Position numbers and translations under genes: made by a program
Shown here: positions 60,156-64,000 of the stretch, piece after piece
How the letters are laid out: every line of letters starts with the position of its first letter
Position numbering within the stretch: position 1 is the first letter of the stretch
The notes under the pieces: generated by a model
Seen by the model: only the letters and a program-made list of their open reading frames with translations
What the model was told of the DNA's origin: nothing
Database searches by the model: none
NCBI GenBank assembly: GCA_004431415.1
Contig: QPMI01000220.1
Span: 131,090-195,089 of the forward strand
Origin: Cyanophora paradoxa CCMP329
Taxonomy: Eukaryota; Plantae; Glaucophyta
DNA: 64,000 nucleotides
Direction of reading: 5' to 3'

Positions 60156-61530
60156 TCAGAAGTTCTCAAAGGCGCGGTCGGGGCGGCCGTTGGCGCTGGC
60201 GACGCGGGAGCCCCACTCGAGGAGCTCCTTCGTGCAGTCGTCGCGGTCCTGCGCGCCACGCCGCCGCCTCAGCGCCGGGGCGGGGGCGGGCGGGGCGCCG
60301 GGGGCGGGGCGGACCAGGGTGCACTCGATGAGGACGGCGCCCTTGTGGCCGACGGCCTTCGCGATCGCCTCGACCTGCGCGCCGGCCCCGATCAGAGGCC
60401 GGGCCCGCGGGCGGGAGAGGGGCCGGCGCGCCAGCTGCTCCTCCGTGTCGACGCGGACGCCCCAGCCGTTGCCCTCCTCCGCGTTGAACGTCTCCATGAG
60501 CTTCGCGTAGTCCCAGTTCTTGATGTTGTTGTACGGGCCGTCGTGGATCTCCACCTCGATCGTGTACCCCCGGTTGTTCAGGAGGAAGATGATCGGGTCC
60601 AGCCCGAAGCGGATCATCGTCGAAACCTGCGAGCGAGCGAGCGGAAGGGGTTCAGGCGGCCGCCGCGTATCCCGTCTGGGTGGGGGGTACGCGTGCCTCC
60701 TGGAAGGTCATCTGGAAGGAGCCGTCGCCGATCATCGCGACGGTGCGCTTGCCCATCTGCGGCGCGGGGCGGGCGGGGCGACCAGTCACTCTCCCGAGGA
60801 GGTGCGGCGGGCGGAGCGCGCGCTCGCAGGCGGGGGCGGGGCGCGCCTGCTTGTCGCGGATGGCGGCGGCGATGCCCAGGACGGCGCCGACGGACCAGCC
60901 GATGGAGCCGTACTGCATCTGGAACTCGTAGAGGCAGCCGTCCGGCAGCCGCAGGCGCTGCCCGTGGAACCAGCTGTCTCCCGTCTCCACCACCACCTGC
61001 GCCCGGGGAGGGCTGAGCCGGCGGGGCCGGGCCGGGACGGACGGCGGGAAGTGCGGACGGCGTGGTTGGGGGTCAGGATGCCCTGGATGTTGCGCAGGAG
61101 CTGCTTGGTCGTCAGCGGCGAGCCTGCGGCGCGGTTCAGCGGCGCCCCATGCCAGACGGCGGAGGCGGGGCGGGGCGGGGCGTGCCGGGGGCGGCCAGGA
61201 CGGGGTCCGCCGGGGCCGAGTAGAGGCGCTTGTACGCCGCCAGCGAGGCGCCGTTCGGCTTGCCTGCGCCCCGGGGCCGGAGCTCGCCTCAGCGCCGGGC
61301 GGGGGCTACCGAGTGCGCTCCAGCTTCCCGGGGGGAGGGCGGTACGAACACTTGTCGGCAAAGGCGGCGAGGAACTCAGCCATGGCGACGTTGCTGCGGG
61401 GGAGATGAGAGGGGGCGCCGGGGGCCGGCGGGGCGGGCGCGCTTGAAGACTTCGCCGGTGGGGAGCTTGACCGAGTTGCGGCCGGCGCGGATCATCTTCT
61501 CCTTCTTGATCAGGATCGAGTAGCTGCGAA

Positions 61531-61568
<38 letters not shown>

Positions 61569-63529
61569 CGGCCGGAGCGTCAGCGGGAGCGCCGCGGCGG
61601 GCGGGGACGCGGGGACGGGCGAGCGGGCGGGAGGGCGTGGCGGGGCGGACCCGACGGTGGTGTAGTCGTTGAAGACGGGGCCGGCGAAGAGGTAGCAGTC
61701 CTGCCGGCGCCCCCCGGAGTCAGGGGGCGGTCGGGGCCACGCGCGGGGAGGGAGGGGCGGTCGGGCGGACGCAGGACTCGACGGTCTCGCAGACGAAGGG
61801 GGAGGAGGCCATGCCCCAGTACGTGCCCATGAAGGACGCGTGGCTCTCCGGGAACATGCCTGCGGCGCCTCAGAGGGGAGGGCGAGGCGCACCGCCCCGC
61901 CCCGCGCACCCTTGGCGTTGGGCATGATGGCGGTGCCGCAGCCGGCCTTGGTCGCGAACTTGACGCACGCGTCGAAGGCGCTCGCCGGGCGGACCTTGGA
62001 GCCGACGACGAACACCGGCTTGGCGGCGGCGTTCCAGATCTTGCAGGCCGCCTCGAGCGCGGCGCCGAGCGAGGTCGGCACCGACTTGGAAGGGCCCGGC
62101 TTCATCAGCGGGTTCGGCGCCGCGCAAGGCACGGCCGACAGGTTGCACGAGATCTCTGCGGCCGCGGCGCGGCGCGGGAGCGTAAGGGAGGACTCGGCGC
62201 GGGGGCGAAGCGAACGAAGCGGACCGATGTAGACGGGGCGCTTGCTCTTGAGGGCGCTCTCGATGGCCTTGTCGATGAAGATGGTGGCGTCGACGGCCGT
62301 GCTGATCTGCACCAGGTCCCGCGTCACCTCCCGGAAGATCCGGTACTGCTGGTTGCAGTCCGGCAGCCCGATCGTGTGGTGCCTGCCCCCCGCCGTCAGC
62401 CGCGCCGCTCAGGCGCGCCCCGCGCGCGGCGCACAGGATGCGGTTCTGCGGCGCGGGGCCGGTCAGGGGGGCGGAGGGGCGGCGCGCGTGCGCGCGGGCG
62501 GAGAGGCGGCGCACGGTCTGGAAGTCGTTCGAGTTGGGGCCTGCGGGCGGGACCGGCGCGTCGTCAGCGGGGGCGACAAGGCGAGGAGGGGAGTAGAGGG
62601 CGAGTGGGGGCGAGAAGGCGAGGAGGGGAGCGGTGGGCGGGCGGGGCGGACCGCCGGAGATGACGATGAGCGGGAGGTGGTCGCTGTAGGCGCCGGCGAC
62701 GGCGTTGACGACAGAGAGGCCGCCCACGCTGAACGTGACCTGCCGCCGCCTCCGCTCAGCGCTCTCCGGCGCGGGCCGGCGGCGGCGCCGGCGGCACGCA
62801 CGACGACGCAGGCGATGCCGTGGACGCGAGCATATCCGTCCGCGGCGTACCCGGCGTTGAGCTGCGGGCGCTGGCTTCAGGCCAGGCCGGACGGCGCGGA
62901 GGCTGCGCGCGTTACCTCATTGCAGCAGTTGACCATCTGGCGGCGTGAGCGGCGAGTCAGCGCCAGCGCGGCTCTAGATGGCCGGGCCGAGGCGGAGGGC
63001 ACCTCGAGGTTCTTGTTCTGTAGGCGAGCGGGCGGCGAGGTAAGTCCATCGGCGCTTTCCCTGGCCGGCGGCGGCCTGGGAGTTAGCGGGACCGGCCAAC
63101 CTTCAAGAACTGCAAGCAACAAGCGGGAGGAAGTCAGCTCGCGACTGTGCCGGCGCGGCCGATTGGGCGGCTCGCGAGCGGACCTGGTCCATGAGAACCT
63201 GCAAGGCCAAGGAAGAGCGACGCGTTAGACTAGGTCGAAACATGATATGACGAACAGAGCGAACCAAGTTGTAGTCGCTGTTCAAGTGACGCGCAAGTGT
63301 CACGGTTAGCCGCAAGCTGCGGCCAGCGGCGCGTCCGAACGTACCCGGGCACGCCGAACCACGTCTTGATGCCAATCTCTGCGCACAGAAATCAAGCGTC
63401 GGAGCAAGCGGACGCGCCCCTCGGCGGCTCGGCATGGGAAGCCGGGAATTCGCTAGGCTCACCCTCCAGCCGGTGGCCCAGGTAGGTGCCGATGTTCCAG
63501 CCCGAGTTGCTAGCGCCGCCGCCCGTCAT
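60156..63529 (-). CDS. PDC: Pyruvate decarboxylase (plant/Zymomonas type), about 24 exons
   Basis: [96 protein letters not shown], the TPP motif [12 protein letters not shown]...[24 protein letters not shown], and [11 protein letters not shown]. Confidence 0.95.
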
Positions 63530-64000
63530 CTTGCGTCTGTATCGCCCAAGCTGTACCCGAACTGTACCCGTAAAACCCAAGCTGTACCCCGCCCTTGCTC
63601 ATCAAAGCGCCGCACCATGTCTCTGAAAAGCTCGGATGCTGGCGGGATATCGGTGGTCGTCTGGCGGCATGCCAGCGTCGCCATATACCGCAGCGCCCAC
63701 GAGCTCAGTTCGCCTTTTTCGCACCTATCTCAATGCATCTTTCTCGCGCTCAGAGCGCAGCGCAGATCGCAAGCGCCCGCTTCGAGGCCCCGCGCAGACG
63801 GCCGCCCTCGCCTTCGGCGAATCCGCGCAGGCTCGCATTTGCCGTGCCCTGCAGCCCCGCGGCGGCGCGAAGACCGCAGAGAGGCTGTTGCGAGCGCGTA
63901 CGCGGATTTTCTCTTACCTCTTCGCGCGCGCAGGTCGTCGTGCTCGGGCTCCTCGCGGCGAACGCACTTTCCTTGGAATCGCTTCCAGCGCTGCTGTCGG

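Noticed and set aside
42160-63529. Introner-type transposon-derived introns
   Set aside because: The introns share only low-complexity motifs. I saw no extended intron-to-intron identity, TIRs or TSDs.
63600-64000. Start of another gene upstream of PDC
   Set aside because: No recognisable coding signal can be supported within the remaining 400 bp.
1-64000. rRNA, tRNA, snRNA or hammerhead ribozyme genes
   Set aside because: I recognised no conserved cores by eye. A covariance-model search (Infernal/Rfam, tRNAscan-SE) would be needed to exclude them.

Overview
This is very GC-rich eukaryotic nuclear DNA, dense in short introns. Most long ORFs in the supplied track are GC or read-through artefacts. 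The host is most plausibly a flagellated alga with a primary plastid, glaucophyte-like (inference from Phe-motif transit peptides without signal peptides, ciliary genes and a cyanobacterial-type ferredoxin). Two gene-dense flanks surround a roughly 17-kb nested transposon island (about 24.8-41.7 kb). Left flank genes: a giant ASH/Hydin-type Ig-repeat protein, a plastid thioredoxin-like [2Fe-2S] ferredoxin, a myristoylated tandem-PAS protein with a FixL-type heme PAS, an mTERF-like protein, a GOST/Lung-7TM protein, a frameshifted RING gene and a 5-exon winged-helix gene that is not in the ORF track. Right flank genes: CFAP92-like, GPAT9, a TmcB-like membrane protein with no visible PAS, and pyruvate decarboxylase. 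The island resolves into elements with intact ends: (1) two 5'-truncated LINE tails with hairpin, poly(A) and TSDs; (2) a 6-kb foldback element with about 2.2-2.3-kb inverted arms containing ~160-bp tandem units and a 3-bp TAG TSD; (3) two Tc1/mariner-type MITEs; (4) a non-autonomous rolling-circle element with A|TT...CTAG|T ends, 13-bp asymmetric subterminal inverted repeats and hairpins at both ends, carrying an apparently intact 5-exon zinc-finger gene; (5) a 3.6-kb hAT-type element with an 8-bp TSD inside element 4; (6) a 1.33-kb tandem duplication that copied the left ends of elements 4 and 5. No transposase, RT or Rep/helicase is encoded here. All gene models were spliced by eye, and family calls rest on recalled motifs, not database searches.
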